IMG/VR virus record: IMGVR_UViG_3300044641_001974
Coordinates: 1-57,811 of that record
Length of the DNA: 57,811 nucleotides
Strand: one strand, 5' to 3'
DNA from: a virus
Taxonomy: Duplodnaviria > Caudoviricetes
Shown: in pieces, positions 1 to 10,707 of the stretch
Position numbering within the stretch: position 1 is the stretch's first letter
Layout: the number at the start of each line of letters is the position of its first letter
Program-made: the position numbers and the translations under genes
The notes under the pieces: generated by a model
Database searches by the model: none
What the model saw: only the letters and a program-made list of their open reading frames with translations
Told to the model about the DNA's origin: nothing

Positions 1-165
1 GCAGTTCATGGTACGGAGATTGAACAGGGGGTTGTGCTGATGGCATCCCAGGATGGGCAGGTACAAGAGTTTGTGTCGGTTGGCCGCGAGTGGACGCAGT
101 ATAAACAGGCGTGGTTTGCTCGTCTCGAAGCGTTCTACGCTCTTCACGGACAGTCTGAGCAGTAA
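1..165 (+). CDS. 3' end of a probable phage exonuclease (PD-(D/E)xK, MGME1/Cas4-like), truncated by the window edge
   Basis: Frame +1 reads AVHGTEIEQGVVLMASQDGQVQEF...WFARLEAFY...*, which resembles the C-terminus of phage exonucleases. Not in the ORF track; convergent with the structural operon. Confidence 0.55.
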   Translation, partial: AVHGTEIEQGVVLMASQDGQVQEFVSVGREWTQYKQAWFARLEAFYALHGQSEQ

Positions 166-228
166 CCATTATCCAATCAAATACGTTGCCTTGCCCCCGG
201 TCATAAACAGGAAATTTCGGAAGCTTTT

Positions 229-3200
229 TCATTGTTGCGGTGGAGGCGGTTGTTTATTTACTTGGATAGCCTGACCGATTGTATCCCGTGGGAACAAGGA
301 TTGGTACATCGCCGCAGCATTCCCACTAGGGGCTGGAGGAGTGGTCGGGAACGCAGGCTTTAGCTCTGGTATGCCTTTAGTAGGAGGCGCTGGGAAGCGT
401 TGATTAAACTTCTGCATTTGCTGTTGAGCGTTGCTTGGCTGGACCGGAGCAGGTGTGACTTGCTGTGGCATAGCTGGTGGTGCAGGTGTAATCTGTGGAG
501 GCATAGCTGGTTGCTGCTCTACCATAGGCTCTTCTTGTAATGCTTGAGCGGTCTCTGTCATTACTGCACGACGAGGAGCGTTATATACCACTTCAGGAAT
601 ATACACACCACTCTTGTTAAAGAAGTTCTGCATCCGCTTGCCAAAGCCTTCTGCAGTCTTGTCTTGGGCTTGTTGTACCAACGCTTTTGCAAAGTCCGCA
701 TCTTCAACCGCACGCTGCATCACACGATCAAGAATGCCATACTCTTGACGACCTACGAAGCGTGTAAGAACGTAGGCTGTAGGCCAAGTAACGCCTGTAC
801 GGCCTTCCATAACAGAACGACCCAAGCTGGTTAAGCCAGGGAGGCTCGTGCCAACTGTCTTAGCAAGTCTTTCGCTAGTTGATTCAAACGGCGAAGGAAT
901 GTTTGCAACATCAGGAGAGGATTTAATTAATCTTTCTAGCTCACCAATCTTGCGTAGGTTTCCAAGTTGCTCTTCGCTAAATAAAAACGACAGCGACTTC
1001 GGGTTAGCTTGGTCCAAGAACTGCGAAATCATTACTTTGCCGTTAGGGTCAGCAGCTTCTTTGTATACGGCACGGCGTAATGCCTCTAAACGCTCTGGAG
1101 AGCCTTCTAGCGATTTAACCAACAAACGCATATCTGCTGGGTCACGCAAGGCACGGGTAATCAGCTCGCTGGGGTCAGCACCTTCTCTTGTGCTTCTAGC
1201 AATTAGTTTGTTTAACTCATCGTCTATTGCTGCGTTTTTACGAGCCTCTAGCTGTCCAATACGAGCAGACACCGCTTTGCCTATTTCTAAGTCGTCAGTA
1301 ATGTTTTGGCGAACTACATCAGGCATAGCGTTAATAATCGCTTTATTACTATTTATTACAGCTTGCAGTTTGTTGGGATCAACTAACCCGTCTTTATCCA
1401 AAATGTTTTTGCTACGCAGCCAATCCATTGAGGCACGAGCCATGAGGTCTCTTCCCTGTTGGGTGTCTGACACTAGGATATTCATGTCTTTAAGATTTGC
1501 AGCGTTTTTAAATGCTTCGTTAACTACAGCTTCATTGGGGGTTAAAAACTCTCCTGTAGGCCGTTTTGCACCAAGAAGAATAGGTAAATAACGCTCATAT
1601 GCACCGCCATATATGTCGTTATAGACTTGCTTAAAGTCTGTGTATTCTTTACCCATTTTAGGCACAGCATTAAACAACATTTTTTCTACGTCTTTGTAGA
1701 CAGCATTAATTTTGTCTAAATCTTTTTGTGCAGCTTGTCTCCCACGCCCCGCAAACTGAGCATCGGTAAAACGCTGAACGGCTAGGTTCCGTGATTGGGT
1801 GGCCGCTTGCATTAATTCAATTGCTTCGGGGAAGTTAATATCAACTTGGCCTACTTTTTTAGCGGACGCCATAGCACGGTCTTGCGCCGCTTTTAGCTCT
1901 GCGGGGTCAATGTCAAAAGAACGGGCTAATAAAGTAGTTTGTTGGCTTGGTTCTAAATCCGCTAAGCCAGGGCGTTTTTTAGTTCCAGCAGCCGGACGCA
2001 TTAAAGAGTCAACAATAAATTTAGCGTTGCCTTCTTGCATTTGCACAAACTTTAGATCAGCGTCTATTGCATCTTTTGCAAGTTCAGACGGCGCCAGATA
2101 AGGTGCCATAGGCCCGGGGGGACTTTCAGGCCGCCTCTTTTTAGCAAGAATTTCTGCAATTTCTTTTACTAACGCATTTTCAAACGCATCTGTGCCTTTG
2201 GCTTGTTGCCTAGTTTTGTAACGTGCCAGTATGTTTGCCAAGTAAGGACTGTATTCTTTAATAGGTCCTGTTAGAACATTGTATTTTGCAGTAATAGCAT
2301 TAATGTCTTTTTCAATGTTAAATGAGGGGAATAAAGACTTGCCATCGTTGTCACGAGTGGGAAGAGGCACGCCGTCCTCATCCGTAAAGTTACGGCGTAA
2401 TCCCATGCGGTCAGCTACATTTCTTAAATTAAAAAAGGTGCTTTCCCCGCTGCTTAAAATAGTATTACGCAGCTCATTTCCTACTAAGTTCTTATCAATA
2501 GAAGAGTAGCGATTAGCAACCCGATCTGCTTCAACCGCTTTCTCTTGCGAGATTTTTTGTATTAAACCGTTTTGCAACTCTTCCGAATCTGTTTTTACTT
2601 TAAGAATTGCTTCTTCAATAGGCATGTTTGCTTTAGGAGAGAAGCGCTCAATGATGTTATCAAACTCAGCTAGGTTGCTGGCACGACGGGCAAGCTCTTT
2701 TTGTAGCTGCTCTGGGGCCATATTTTTTACTAGGTTGCCCTGTTCAATCAAGAACTGAGGCAACATGGTACGCTCGGCGGTGTTTAATCTAACGCCTTGT
2801 GCTCCGAGGTCCGTGATTAGTTGTTCTGCTTTTCTGAGTGTTTCTTGGACTTCCCCTTTGCTTAGAGCTTTGCCCACGGCTTTTTCTGCACGGGGAACTA
2901 GCAGGTTAGCAATTGGTCGGGTAAATGGACCATACTCTCCAGCAATTTCTTTTCCAACTTCACTTAGTTTTTGCTCAGAAGGGCTTACTACTTGTTTTAA
3001 ATACCGAGCAGCAATACCACTAGGGCTAACAGTAGAAGCAACTTTAGCTGCGGCAGCTCCTCCGATTGGTGCAACAATAGCTGCGCCAAGAGGGACTAGC
3101 TCTTGAGCCAAGGGACCCATCTCTTCTTCTTTTGTGTACTGCTGGGCAAGACCAAACGCACCACCAGAAGTAACGTCTGCCGCTAGGGCTGCCTTTGGGT

Positions 3201-3642
3201 TTTTACGAATAAAGTCTAGGGTCTCTTTTGCAACCCGTTTTAACACTCCAGCATCGGCAGCAAGTGGGGCAGCTAACTTTTGGCTTGCAGCAGCAAACCC
3301 TAAAATACCTGTAATAGGTAGGTTTGCACCAATACCCTCTGCAATAGCACGAGCATATCGCTCTTCAGAGTTCTTTGGGCCTGTATCGCCTTTATTAAAA
3401 ATCTTAGTTAAGGTCTGTACATTTTTTTCATCGTACCCTAATGCTTTGCCAATCTGGCGAACAGCAGCATCTGGAAGGGAAAACAGGGCAGCATTAAAGC
3501 CATAGCTGGCTTGCTTAGCTAAGTCATAAGGATTTCCTGGTATCTCAAACTTTGACTTAGGTACAGGGGCTTCGGTTCTTCCAACAACTGTGCCAGTGTC
3601 TAGGTCAATCACTTGACCATCTGGTGTGGTAATTTGAGCCAT
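229..3642 (-). CDS. Large internal virion (DNA ejection) protein, 1137 aa
   Basis: Long helical A/L/K-rich ORF with a P/Q-rich tail; last gene of the structural operon, where podoviruses encode ejection proteins. Confidence 0.6.
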   Translation of the reverse strand: MAQITTPDGQVIDLDTGTVVGRTEAPVPKSKFEIPGNPYDLAKQASYGFNAALFSLPDAAVRQIGKALGYDEKNVQTLTKIFNKGDTGPKNSEERYARAIAEGIGANLPITGILGFAAASQKLAAPLAADAGVLKRVAKETLDFIRKNPKAALAADVTSGGAFGLAQQYTKEEEMGPLAQELVPLGAAIVAPIGGAAAAKVASTVSPSGIAARYLKQVVSPSEQKLSEVGKEIAGEYGPFTRPIANLLVPRAEKAVGKALSKGEVQETLRKAEQLITDLGAQGVRLNTAERTMLPQFLIEQGNLVKNMAPEQLQKELARRASNLAEFDNIIERFSPKANMPIEEAILKVKTDSEELQNGLIQKISQEKAVEADRVANRYSSIDKNLVGNELRNTILSSGESTFFNLRNVADRMGLRRNFTDEDGVPLPTRDNDGKSLFPSFNIEKDINAITAKYNVLTGPIKEYSPYLANILARYKTRQQAKGTDAFENALVKEIAEILAKKRRPESPPGPMAPYLAPSELAKDAIDADLKFVQMQEGNAKFIVDSLMRPAAGTKKRPGLADLEPSQQTTLLARSFDIDPAELKAAQDRAMASAKKVGQVDINFPEAIELMQAATQSRNLAVQRFTDAQFAGRGRQAAQKDLDKINAVYKDVEKMLFNAVPKMGKEYTDFKQVYNDIYGGAYERYLPILLGAKRPTGEFLTPNEAVVNEAFKNAANLKDMNILVSDTQQGRDLMARASMDWLRSKNILDKDGLVDPNKLQAVINSNKAIINAMPDVVRQNITDDLEIGKAVSARIGQLEARKNAAIDDELNKLIARSTREGADPSELITRALRDPADMRLLVKSLEGSPERLEALRRAVYKEAADPNGKVMISQFLDQANPKSLSFLFSEEQLGNLRKIGELERLIKSSPDVANIPSPFESTSERLAKTVGTSLPGLTSLGRSVMEGRTGVTWPTAYVLTRFVGRQEYGILDRVMQRAVEDADFAKALVQQAQDKTAEGFGKRMQNFFNKSGVYIPEVVYNAPRRAVMTETAQALQEEPMVEQQPAMPPQITPAPPAMPQQVTPAPVQPSNAQQQMQKFNQRFPAPPTKGIPELKPAFPTTPPAPSGNAAAMYQSLFPRDTIGQAIQVNKQPPPPQQ

Positions 3643-3643
3643 G

Positions 3644-6085
3644 CTAGTCCTTCAATGTCGACAACAAAACAGGAGTGGATTTACCGTTAATGTTAATGTA
3701 AACCTGAGCATTTGGGTTAACTTGTTTGAGCGATTTCAAATAGGTTAGCTTTTCTTGTGGGATAGGATCAGCAGGTGTGCCAAGGTTTGGCACCTCTAAC
3801 TGAACATCTTGGTTAATCCAGCCTAATTGAGCTGCAGTATTCAAACGCTGGTTAGCCAACGATGTACGCACAGTCATCATGCGTTTCAAGGCGCTCTGAG
3901 AATCAGAGAAGAATGTACCTGGCTTGTCACCTAAAATTGAAGCGGCTGCGTTTTGTTCAGCTACAGCAATATTTCCTGTGTCGCCTGTCCTTGCAATCGC
4001 CTTGGTCGCATTATTGATAGCCATATTAATCTTGGTACGTTGTTGCTCAGTCATGACATTAGGGTCTAGTGGAGATACAGGAACCAAGATGTTGTTCTTC
4101 AAATTAGAGAAAAATGCTTTAGGACCAAATGCGCCTGAGTATTCTTTAATTGCATCATCCATCGCAGCCAACGCAGACTCTTGACGAGATACTTCGTTTG
4201 CCAAACGTTCACGGGTAGTTTTGTCTAAGTTAAGGGTTTGTGCTGCAGGGCTTACACGAGCATACGGAGTATCAAACCCAACCAAATTACCTTCTTTATC
4301 TTTTTGAACTTGCGGCGTAAAACGGCTGTTCAAAAAGCTATTGGTAATCTGTGGGTCAATCTGCATGCCTTTTGGTTGACCTTGTTTGTCTACATAAGAA
4401 GTTAATCCTGCGCCACGATCTGTAGGAATTACTTCCCCAGCGCTGACTGCTTTCTTTAAAATTTCTCGTTGGATTGCAGCAGTAGCCTTGTCTTCCGCAG
4501 CAATAGTCTGCAAGCCAGAGGTAAGGGCAGCACCACGAATCTGTGTTTTACGGGCTTGTTCTTGTGCAGCCAACTGGCTAAGGCCAGCAGGCATACGTTT
4601 GAATGCGTTAGCCAAGGCCATCATGCCTGTACGAGCAGGTTTGGTAGCATACTCAAGACCAGCATCTGCCAGCAATAACAACGCCTGGATTTGCGAGGAC
4701 TCTTTGTCACCGCCCATATACTTCTCAAATATAGGCAGGTTTTCTTTCATATAATCTTCTAGGCGATTTGTTTTTTCACCTTTTGTTTGCTTAGTAATAA
4801 GCTCTTCTACTGTCTTTGGTGCAGCAGAAGGGGTTGTGTCTGCCACTACCTTGCTTGGCGCTGCCTTGTCTTCTGCTACGGGCTCTTTAGGAACTTCTGC
4901 TTTTGGAGGAGCTGAGTAAACACGATTACCCGCCGCATCTGTGCCAATAACAGCAGGCACATCAGTAGCAGGCATATTCTCTACACGCTCTCCACCGCCC
5001 ATGGCGTTCATTACTGCTGCGCCTCCTGGGATAGTAGATAACGCACCGATTGCCTTTTGTGAGGCAGGCATATTAGCAATGTAGTTACGTACAGGCTCTG
5101 TTGCCATGCCAATCCGTTGCGTGAGCGTAGGATAGGTTAGCTCCATTCCCTCTACTGTTTTCGGACCAAACGTGCCTAGTGTAGTACGACTTTGTTGAAT
5201 GCTAGGTGGCGTTAATACAGGTGCCATCCGGCTGCCAATCATTTGGTTTGCTGCCTGAGCGTAGGGCTGAATGCGCTGCATTAAGTTTGTAGCCATTCCT
5301 GCACCCATGTAATGCTCAGGCAGACCTGTTTTTGGGTTGGTGGTCGAGCCCCCTCCCATCATCGAAAGAACTTGGTGTTGTTGAGGAGTCATGTGCGCAA
5401 CCATCGTATCGCCGTTGCGACCAGCGCCTTGAATGTAATTAGCGCCTGGCTCTAGTTGTCCTGAGTAGCTGACACCTTGGTTATAGTTAGCACCCGACTG
5501 AGGTAGGCTTGCAATACCCCCTTTTGCGTACCCTTGTGGTGCCATTGCACCTTGGTACATTGGAGGAGCCATCATGCTCATTGGGCCATAACCAGGGGCG
5601 CTATCTACCATGCCACCATAAGCAAATCCTTGTGGTGCTGGCCCTTGGTCCGTGGGCATTGGTCCTTGTGGCATTTGGGGAGGAGCAGGAGGCATACCAC
5701 CGCCCATTTGTGGGGGAGGAGGTGGGGCCATAGGCGCTCCACCAGCAGGTAAGCCACTAATTCCAGGAGGAGCTTGTTGCGCTGTAAACTGAGACTGCAA
5801 CATCGCCAACACTTCAGGAGGCGTTTCCATTGCAACATCTTCGCCTACCATCTCAGCTAATTCTTGATAGCGAGCGTCAACCGAGCGCATGTCGCCCCGT
5901 AAATTATTCATTAGGATTTCAGGAGAGCTAGGTGAACGACGGGATACTTCTTCCATCATCTCGTCGTCATTCTCTTCAATATCTTTTGGCTCTTCGTCAT
6001 CAAACCCTTGCATAATTCCAGAATCGGCTTTGCGAGGCTTGCTTTCCGCTTTAAACATCGCCCGTTCAAATACCTTCGAATCCAT
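3644..6085 (-). CDS. Internal virion / ejection protein, 813 aa
   Basis: Position; P/G/M-rich low-complexity N-terminal half; FAYGG and YAKGG motifs; GRNGDTMVAH...NPKTGLPE module shared with 7165..9267. Confidence 0.55.
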   Translation of the reverse strand: MDSKVFERAMFKAESKPRKADSGIMQGFDDEEPKDIEENDDEMMEEVSRRSPSSPEILMNNLRGDMRSVDARYQELAEMVGEDVAMETPPEVLAMLQSQFTAQQAPPGISGLPAGGAPMAPPPPPQMGGGMPPAPPQMPQGPMPTDQGPAPQGFAYGGMVDSAPGYGPMSMMAPPMYQGAMAPQGYAKGGIASLPQSGANYNQGVSYSGQLEPGANYIQGAGRNGDTMVAHMTPQQHQVLSMMGGGSTTNPKTGLPEHYMGAGMATNLMQRIQPYAQAANQMIGSRMAPVLTPPSIQQSRTTLGTFGPKTVEGMELTYPTLTQRIGMATEPVRNYIANMPASQKAIGALSTIPGGAAVMNAMGGGERVENMPATDVPAVIGTDAAGNRVYSAPPKAEVPKEPVAEDKAAPSKVVADTTPSAAPKTVEELITKQTKGEKTNRLEDYMKENLPIFEKYMGGDKESSQIQALLLLADAGLEYATKPARTGMMALANAFKRMPAGLSQLAAQEQARKTQIRGAALTSGLQTIAAEDKATAAIQREILKKAVSAGEVIPTDRGAGLTSYVDKQGQPKGMQIDPQITNSFLNSRFTPQVQKDKEGNLVGFDTPYARVSPAAQTLNLDKTTRERLANEVSRQESALAAMDDAIKEYSGAFGPKAFFSNLKNNILVPVSPLDPNVMTEQQRTKINMAINNATKAIARTGDTGNIAVAEQNAAASILGDKPGTFFSDSQSALKRMMTVRTSLANQRLNTAAQLGWINQDVQLEVPNLGTPADPIPQEKLTYLKSLKQVNPNAQVYININGKSTPVLLSTLKD

Positions 6086-6094
6086 ACCTTCTCC

Positions 6095-7165
6095 TTAGAA
6101 TAATCCTGCTTTTTTAGCGGCTGTGCCTGCTGCTAGACCAGCGATACCTGTTCCAACGGCTTGCTGGAATGCGCTTGGAGTAGGTGCAGTAGCGGCTGAA
6201 ATAGACTGCTGAGACGATGGTGCACCTTTGTAAATATCTGACAAGAATGCCAAACGCTGATAAGGCTCGTACGCTTGCTGCAATGCCGCATTGCGTTGCG
6301 CATCGTTTTGTTGCTGGGTAAGAGCCTGCTGTTGTTGGCCAATGTTGTACAAGAAGTTAACGTCTTGCTGTCCAAGCTGTTGAGCAGATTGTCCAAGAGC
6401 GCCTTGTTGAACGCCAAGGTTGCCAAGCTGAGCACCCATTCCAGAAAGGGACTGAGCCATGTTTTGACCAATTCCATATTGCTGACCAGCCAACGCACCA
6501 ATTCCTTGGGCTTGATTACCTAACTGTCCAGCAGCGGCTAGTTGTGCTTGTTGCTGTTGTTGAGCAGTACCTAACGCTTGGCCATAGCCTTGTTGTAAAG
6601 ATTGAGCAATCGCTTGGTTTTGTGTCTGCATTAAGTTGCGACCTAGCTCAGCACGTTGAATACCTTCCCGTGATCCACCAAACGCACCTGCTCGAACGGC
6701 TTGCCCTTGCAGAGCCTGCTGCTGCATAGCTGCTTGACGATTCATTTCCCCTAACTGTTGTTGCAAAACTAAGTTAGAGTAAGGGTTCATGTACTGCTGA
6801 ATGTCTTGCTGACCAAGCTGTCGGCCAGCGCCCATGGTTCCTTGAACAGCAGCATTTTGTGCAGCCTGCGCTGCTTGGAATTGATTACGAGTATCTGCGC
6901 CACGCAATACATCAGCGGCTTCACCAGTAGTAGCAATACCTCTTTCTAAGGCTTGTGTGCCACCATATAAGTAAGGTTGATACGCACCAATACCTGAGCG
7001 TGCCTGTTCAAAAGCTCTAATTTGATCTGGGTTAAATCCAGCAATGTTGTACCCTGGTAAATTAACAGCCGTGTCAGATAAGCCTTTTGCAGAACGCAAA
7101 AGACCTATTTTATAGGCTTCTATTTCGGGGGCTTCCCGGACTATTTGTTCGGTAATTTCAGGCAT
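6095..7165 (-). CDS. Q/A/G-rich DNA pilot/ejection protein, 356 aa
   Basis: YMNPY and AGAFGGSR motifs, Q-rich coiled coil and glycine-rich hydrophobic C-terminus typical of P22-like ejection proteins. Confidence 0.6.
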   Translation of the reverse strand: MPEITEQIVREAPEIEAYKIGLLRSAKGLSDTAVNLPGYNIAGFNPDQIRAFEQARSGIGAYQPYLYGGTQALERGIATTGEAADVLRGADTRNQFQAAQAAQNAAVQGTMGAGRQLGQQDIQQYMNPYSNLVLQQQLGEMNRQAAMQQQALQGQAVRAGAFGGSREGIQRAELGRNLMQTQNQAIAQSLQQGYGQALGTAQQQQQAQLAAAGQLGNQAQGIGALAGQQYGIGQNMAQSLSGMGAQLGNLGVQQGALGQSAQQLGQQDVNFLYNIGQQQQALTQQQNDAQRNAALQQAYEPYQRLAFLSDIYKGAPSSQQSISAATAPTPSAFQQAVGTGIAGLAAGTAAKKAGLF

Positions 7166-9267
7166 TAGACTCTACCTCCTGCTTTCTTTTCTAGTGCGTG
7201 CATCATACGATATAGTTTTTTTGCACCTTCTCTGCGACTTCCTTTACCTGCGCCTTTAACAGCTTTCGCAGTCAATACAAATTCGCCATCAGACAACATC
7301 GCTGGAATTGAGTCCGAAGTACCTGTTCCAGGGCCATCTATCTTTCCTGTTTTTCTTGGGTAAACATTGGTTATTCCGCCTTTAGCTGCATACACCCTAG
7401 GCATAAAGGAATAATTATACGGGTTATTGTATGGCTGTTGAATGGGCTGATAGTTGGTTGCGGTTGTTGTTCCTGCTGGAGGCGTGTAGGTAGGAACAGC
7501 AGAGCGCCCGTACTGAGGTGCTGCTGTGTAAGTTACCGGGGGCATGTTTGGCTGACCAGTATTAAAGTTTGGTATATTGCCTACGATATAGCGAGAAGGA
7601 TCACGGTCTACTAATGTTTCGCCTGTAACGCTGCGGTCTACTATTCCAGGGGGAGCGGGTTGGGTTGGGGTAAATCCACCCATTAACGCACCACCCGCAA
7701 GCACGGTTCCAGTAACAGCAGGAATGCTAATGTCCCCTTTACTGTTGTAAAAAAATCCTGGATTTTTTGGATCGCTACTAAATAAGTAATCTTTGGCTTT
7801 GTCGTAAAAACCACCAATTCCTGTGCTGTCAGATTGAGGCACAGATCGTGGCATACCTTGTTGGGTAACCATGTATTCTTCTGCAGTAGGGGCCCTACCA
7901 CCATAAAAACCACCCGCTTGAGACTCCACATCTCTTGCGTTTGGTAAAGGAAGTCTTTTATCGGTGTAGGTTACTTCTGTGTTTACATTTCCTGGAATTA
8001 ACTCTGAGCCTCTTGTTTGAGGTGGAAACCCGGTATCAGGGCCATATCCTCCTGCTGCACTTGAAGAAGGTGGGAACCCTGTGTCAGGGCCATAACTACC
8101 TACTGTATCCGTAGGAGCAGTTAAATTAGTGTTCCCTGTAGGCAAAGTAGAAATCCCGTCTGATGGTCCAGGCAAGACAGTGCTTTTGTCTACAATAGGA
8201 GCTTCTGTTGAAGGCTGGGAAGAGAATAAACCTGTCCCTGATCCGGGGCCCGTGGCGTTTGCTCCGCCAAAAGCGCTCATTCCACCCGCTAATACACCAC
8301 CTGTCAAAGCAGCTTGACCAATGTTTTGACCAGTTGCTGCCCCGTAGCCAGCACCCATAATGGCACCAGTAGCAGCGGCATTTAAATAACCACCTGTTCC
8401 AGGTAACATGTTGGAGATTTGCGGGGCAAGCCCTGCCATAGCTCCAGAAGTTACCCCGCTAATCAGAGCTTGTTTTAAGTTCGAGCCACCTGCTAAGGAT
8501 ATTGCTGCACCAGAAATACCTGCTGCAAGCATGGTAGACATTCCCAAACCTGCTGGTCCGAGAGCAGCGGTCAAAGCTACTGTAGCAACAATCCTACCAA
8601 TTGGGGAAGAAGCAATTGATTTAACAGCATTACCAACGGCTTTAAAAGCGCCGCCTACTGCTTTGCCAATACCGCCAAGAACACCACCTCCGCCACCCTT
8701 AAATTCCATGATCCCAGTAGCAGGGTTAATGGTGCCTGCTCCGCCCATAGACTTAAGCATACGGGCTTCTTGGGGATTAATATGGGCTAGGATGGTGTCG
8801 CCACCACGGCCTTTTTGACGTAATGCCTCTGCTGCGCCTGCTAATCCACCTTTTTGAAAGCCTTGGGGCTCAGGCATTTGGCTTATGCCAGACTGTTGTT
8901 TACGATTAATGGCTTCTTGCGCCATTACCAGCATGGTAGTGAAGTAACCACGGTCAAATTGTGGGGGCAAATCCTCTTCGTCTAATGTCCCAGAGCTGAT
9001 TAACTGCGCTCTTATTTGGGGGTAGTTTTGCTCATTAGCTAAGAGATACTCAAGTCCGTCAATTAAAGCTTGTAAATCTTCAACCGGTAAATCTAATTGC
9101 TGCACCGCAGCTTGCATGCCTTCTTCATAGGCAGGAATTGCTTCAGGGTTGTCTTTTGCTAAGGTAGCTTTAATGTTTTCCAACTCGCTTGAAAAAGGCA
9201 TTTTTTGCCCAACAGGAGCTTGGTTTTCGGGTGATTGGGGTAGGGTTGCAATGCCTTCTTGAGCCAT
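7165..9267 (-). CDS. Internal virion protein, 700 aa, with glycine-zipper segment and tape-measure-like C-terminal motif
   Basis: GRGGDTILAHINPQEA...GTINPATG module; long G/A-rich hydrophobic stretch; C-terminal GPGTGTSDSIPAMLSDGEFV motif. Confidence 0.55.
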   Translation of the reverse strand: MAQEGIATLPQSPENQAPVGQKMPFSSELENIKATLAKDNPEAIPAYEEGMQAAVQQLDLPVEDLQALIDGLEYLLANEQNYPQIRAQLISSGTLDEEDLPPQFDRGYFTTMLVMAQEAINRKQQSGISQMPEPQGFQKGGLAGAAEALRQKGRGGDTILAHINPQEARMLKSMGGAGTINPATGIMEFKGGGGGVLGGIGKAVGGAFKAVGNAVKSIASSPIGRIVATVALTAALGPAGLGMSTMLAAGISGAAISLAGGSNLKQALISGVTSGAMAGLAPQISNMLPGTGGYLNAAATGAIMGAGYGAATGQNIGQAALTGGVLAGGMSAFGGANATGPGSGTGLFSSQPSTEAPIVDKSTVLPGPSDGISTLPTGNTNLTAPTDTVGSYGPDTGFPPSSSAAGGYGPDTGFPPQTRGSELIPGNVNTEVTYTDKRLPLPNARDVESQAGGFYGGRAPTAEEYMVTQQGMPRSVPQSDSTGIGGFYDKAKDYLFSSDPKNPGFFYNSKGDISIPAVTGTVLAGGALMGGFTPTQPAPPGIVDRSVTGETLVDRDPSRYIVGNIPNFNTGQPNMPPVTYTAAPQYGRSAVPTYTPPAGTTTATNYQPIQQPYNNPYNYSFMPRVYAAKGGITNVYPRKTGKIDGPGTGTSDSIPAMLSDGEFVLTAKAVKGAGKGSRREGAKKLYRMMHALEKKAGGRV

Positions 9268-9318
9268 GGTCAGGGCCTCTCCATAAGCGGTAAATGGTTT
9301 GTATAGAATGGTATCATT

Positions 9319-10707
9319 TTATTGCGTTAAATCATAGAAGGAAATAGAGCCTACGCCATCTCCGTTAGTAGCTCCAGAGACGGTTCTGACCCCTAGGGTG
9401 TATATATCACTGACCCCCGCTAAAGAAGCGCCTAGCTGTAAGTCCCAGTTATAGCCTGTTGCCACACTTGTTGCGCTTATTCCCGCACTTCCAGAAGCGG
9501 TTACATAGTCGGTTTGCACAATAGTTCCAACATTAGATATAGCTGTAGCTGCTACGTCAAACTCTACGTTGGCATCCGTTGGCACAGTAGCAGCCCAAGT
9601 TGCCCCAGTCAGGGTGGGGTTTTTTAATAAAGCTATTTCGTAGTTTTGATTAGTTGTTGGCAAAAATTGTACTCGGTTAGGCAGGACCACCGCCCCTAGA
9701 GCCGTTGAAGCCAGCCGTATAGATACTATGGGGAAGAAGGTCGCTGCGGTGGTAATGTTATTAAATATGGTAGTTCGCCTAGCCACATGGTCAATAGAAA
9801 CTTGTTCATAGCCTCCAGAGGAGTACACGCTAGAGCAAATCTGTTTCATGGAGGAACTTGAAGCCGTGCCAGCCGTATTTCTAATCTCATAGCGAACAGG
9901 CAGGATAGCCGTGGTCATATAGACCGTAGTCTGTATATTGTCGTTATGGAAGGTATGGCATATAACAAATTTGCCGTCTTCAAAGAACCCGCACCGCACA
10001 TCCCCTACTCCTAGCCACTCAAAGTCCATTGCTAGAATCTGGGTTTTGGTTACGTCAATAATACGACCACTAGGTCCAGTTCCATCTAGCCTGTCGCCAT
10101 TCCAACTAGCTTGAGTAACTACTGTATCTACAGGCGCACCGCTGGTATATGAACGTAAAACAAACGACAAAACGCCGTCGTTTTGCTGGAAAAACACCCC
10201 ATTTTGGGTATTAAAGTACCCTACTCGTTGACGTAGCCCCGTTTTGCCCTCGTTCATAACAAAGGTAGCTAGTAGCCCAAGCCCTTTACCAGGCTGGTAT
10301 GGCATGACTCGATAGGATTGGCGAACTACCTCAGAACCGCTGGAGGTTGTTGTGCTTAGCTGAACGCTTGATTCGTTGGGTAAGTAGGTAGTGCTTCCGC
10401 CCGTTGCGGTGCTGGTGTCAAACTGGTTGTCAATTGCGTAGCGATTTTGACTATCAAACAGGGTATAAGGCTGGGCTACTACTAAACGATTAAAAGCGTC
10501 TACGTTAGTAGGAGGAAAGGTTACGTAGGTTGGGTCATTAATTGTTCCGCTCATAGCTTGCACCAATTGTCCTATTGCATTATCTAGCTCATTAAAATAA
10601 ATTCGTAGCTGGTTTTTAAAAAGTTCTTGTTGCTGTTGGTTATAGTCCGGTCTTGCAACAATTAAGTTAGGAGCCTTGGTCGGGCGAATAGTAAGCGATG
10701 AAGCCAT
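9319..10707 (-). CDS. Virion structural protein, 462 aa (short N-terminal coil plus beta-rich domain)
   Basis: DAFNRL...TLFD...YQPGK motifs seen in phage virion proteins; translationally coupled to the upstream tail gene. Confidence 0.5.
   Translation of the reverse strand: MASSLTIRPTKAPNLIVARPDYNQQQQELFKNQLRIYFNELDNAIGQLVQAMSGTINDPTYVTFPPTNVDAFNRLVVAQPYTLFDSQNRYAIDNQFDTSTATGGSTTYLPNESSVQLSTTTSSGSEVVRQSYRVMPYQPGKGLGLLATFVMNEGKTGLRQRVGYFNTQNGVFFQQNDGVLSFVLRSYTSGAPVDTVVTQASWNGDRLDGTGPSGRIIDVTKTQILAMDFEWLGVGDVRCGFFEDGKFVICHTFHNDNIQTTVYMTTAILPVRYEIRNTAGTASSSSMKQICSSVYSSGGYEQVSIDHVARRTTIFNNITTAATFFPIVSIRLASTALGAVVLPNRVQFLPTTNQNYEIALLKNPTLTGATWAATVPTDANVEFDVAATAISNVGTIVQTDYVTASGSAGISATSVATGYNWDLQLGASLAGVSDIYTLGVRTVSGATNGDGVGSISFYDLTQ

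Noticed and set aside
53-274. 73-aa plus-strand ORF from the track
   Set aside because: Overlaps a more convincing frame +1 exonuclease C-terminus and the end of 229..3642.
8021-8096. Duplicated YGPDTGFPP peptide
   Set aside because: Local duplication in a low-complexity linker; no further structure.
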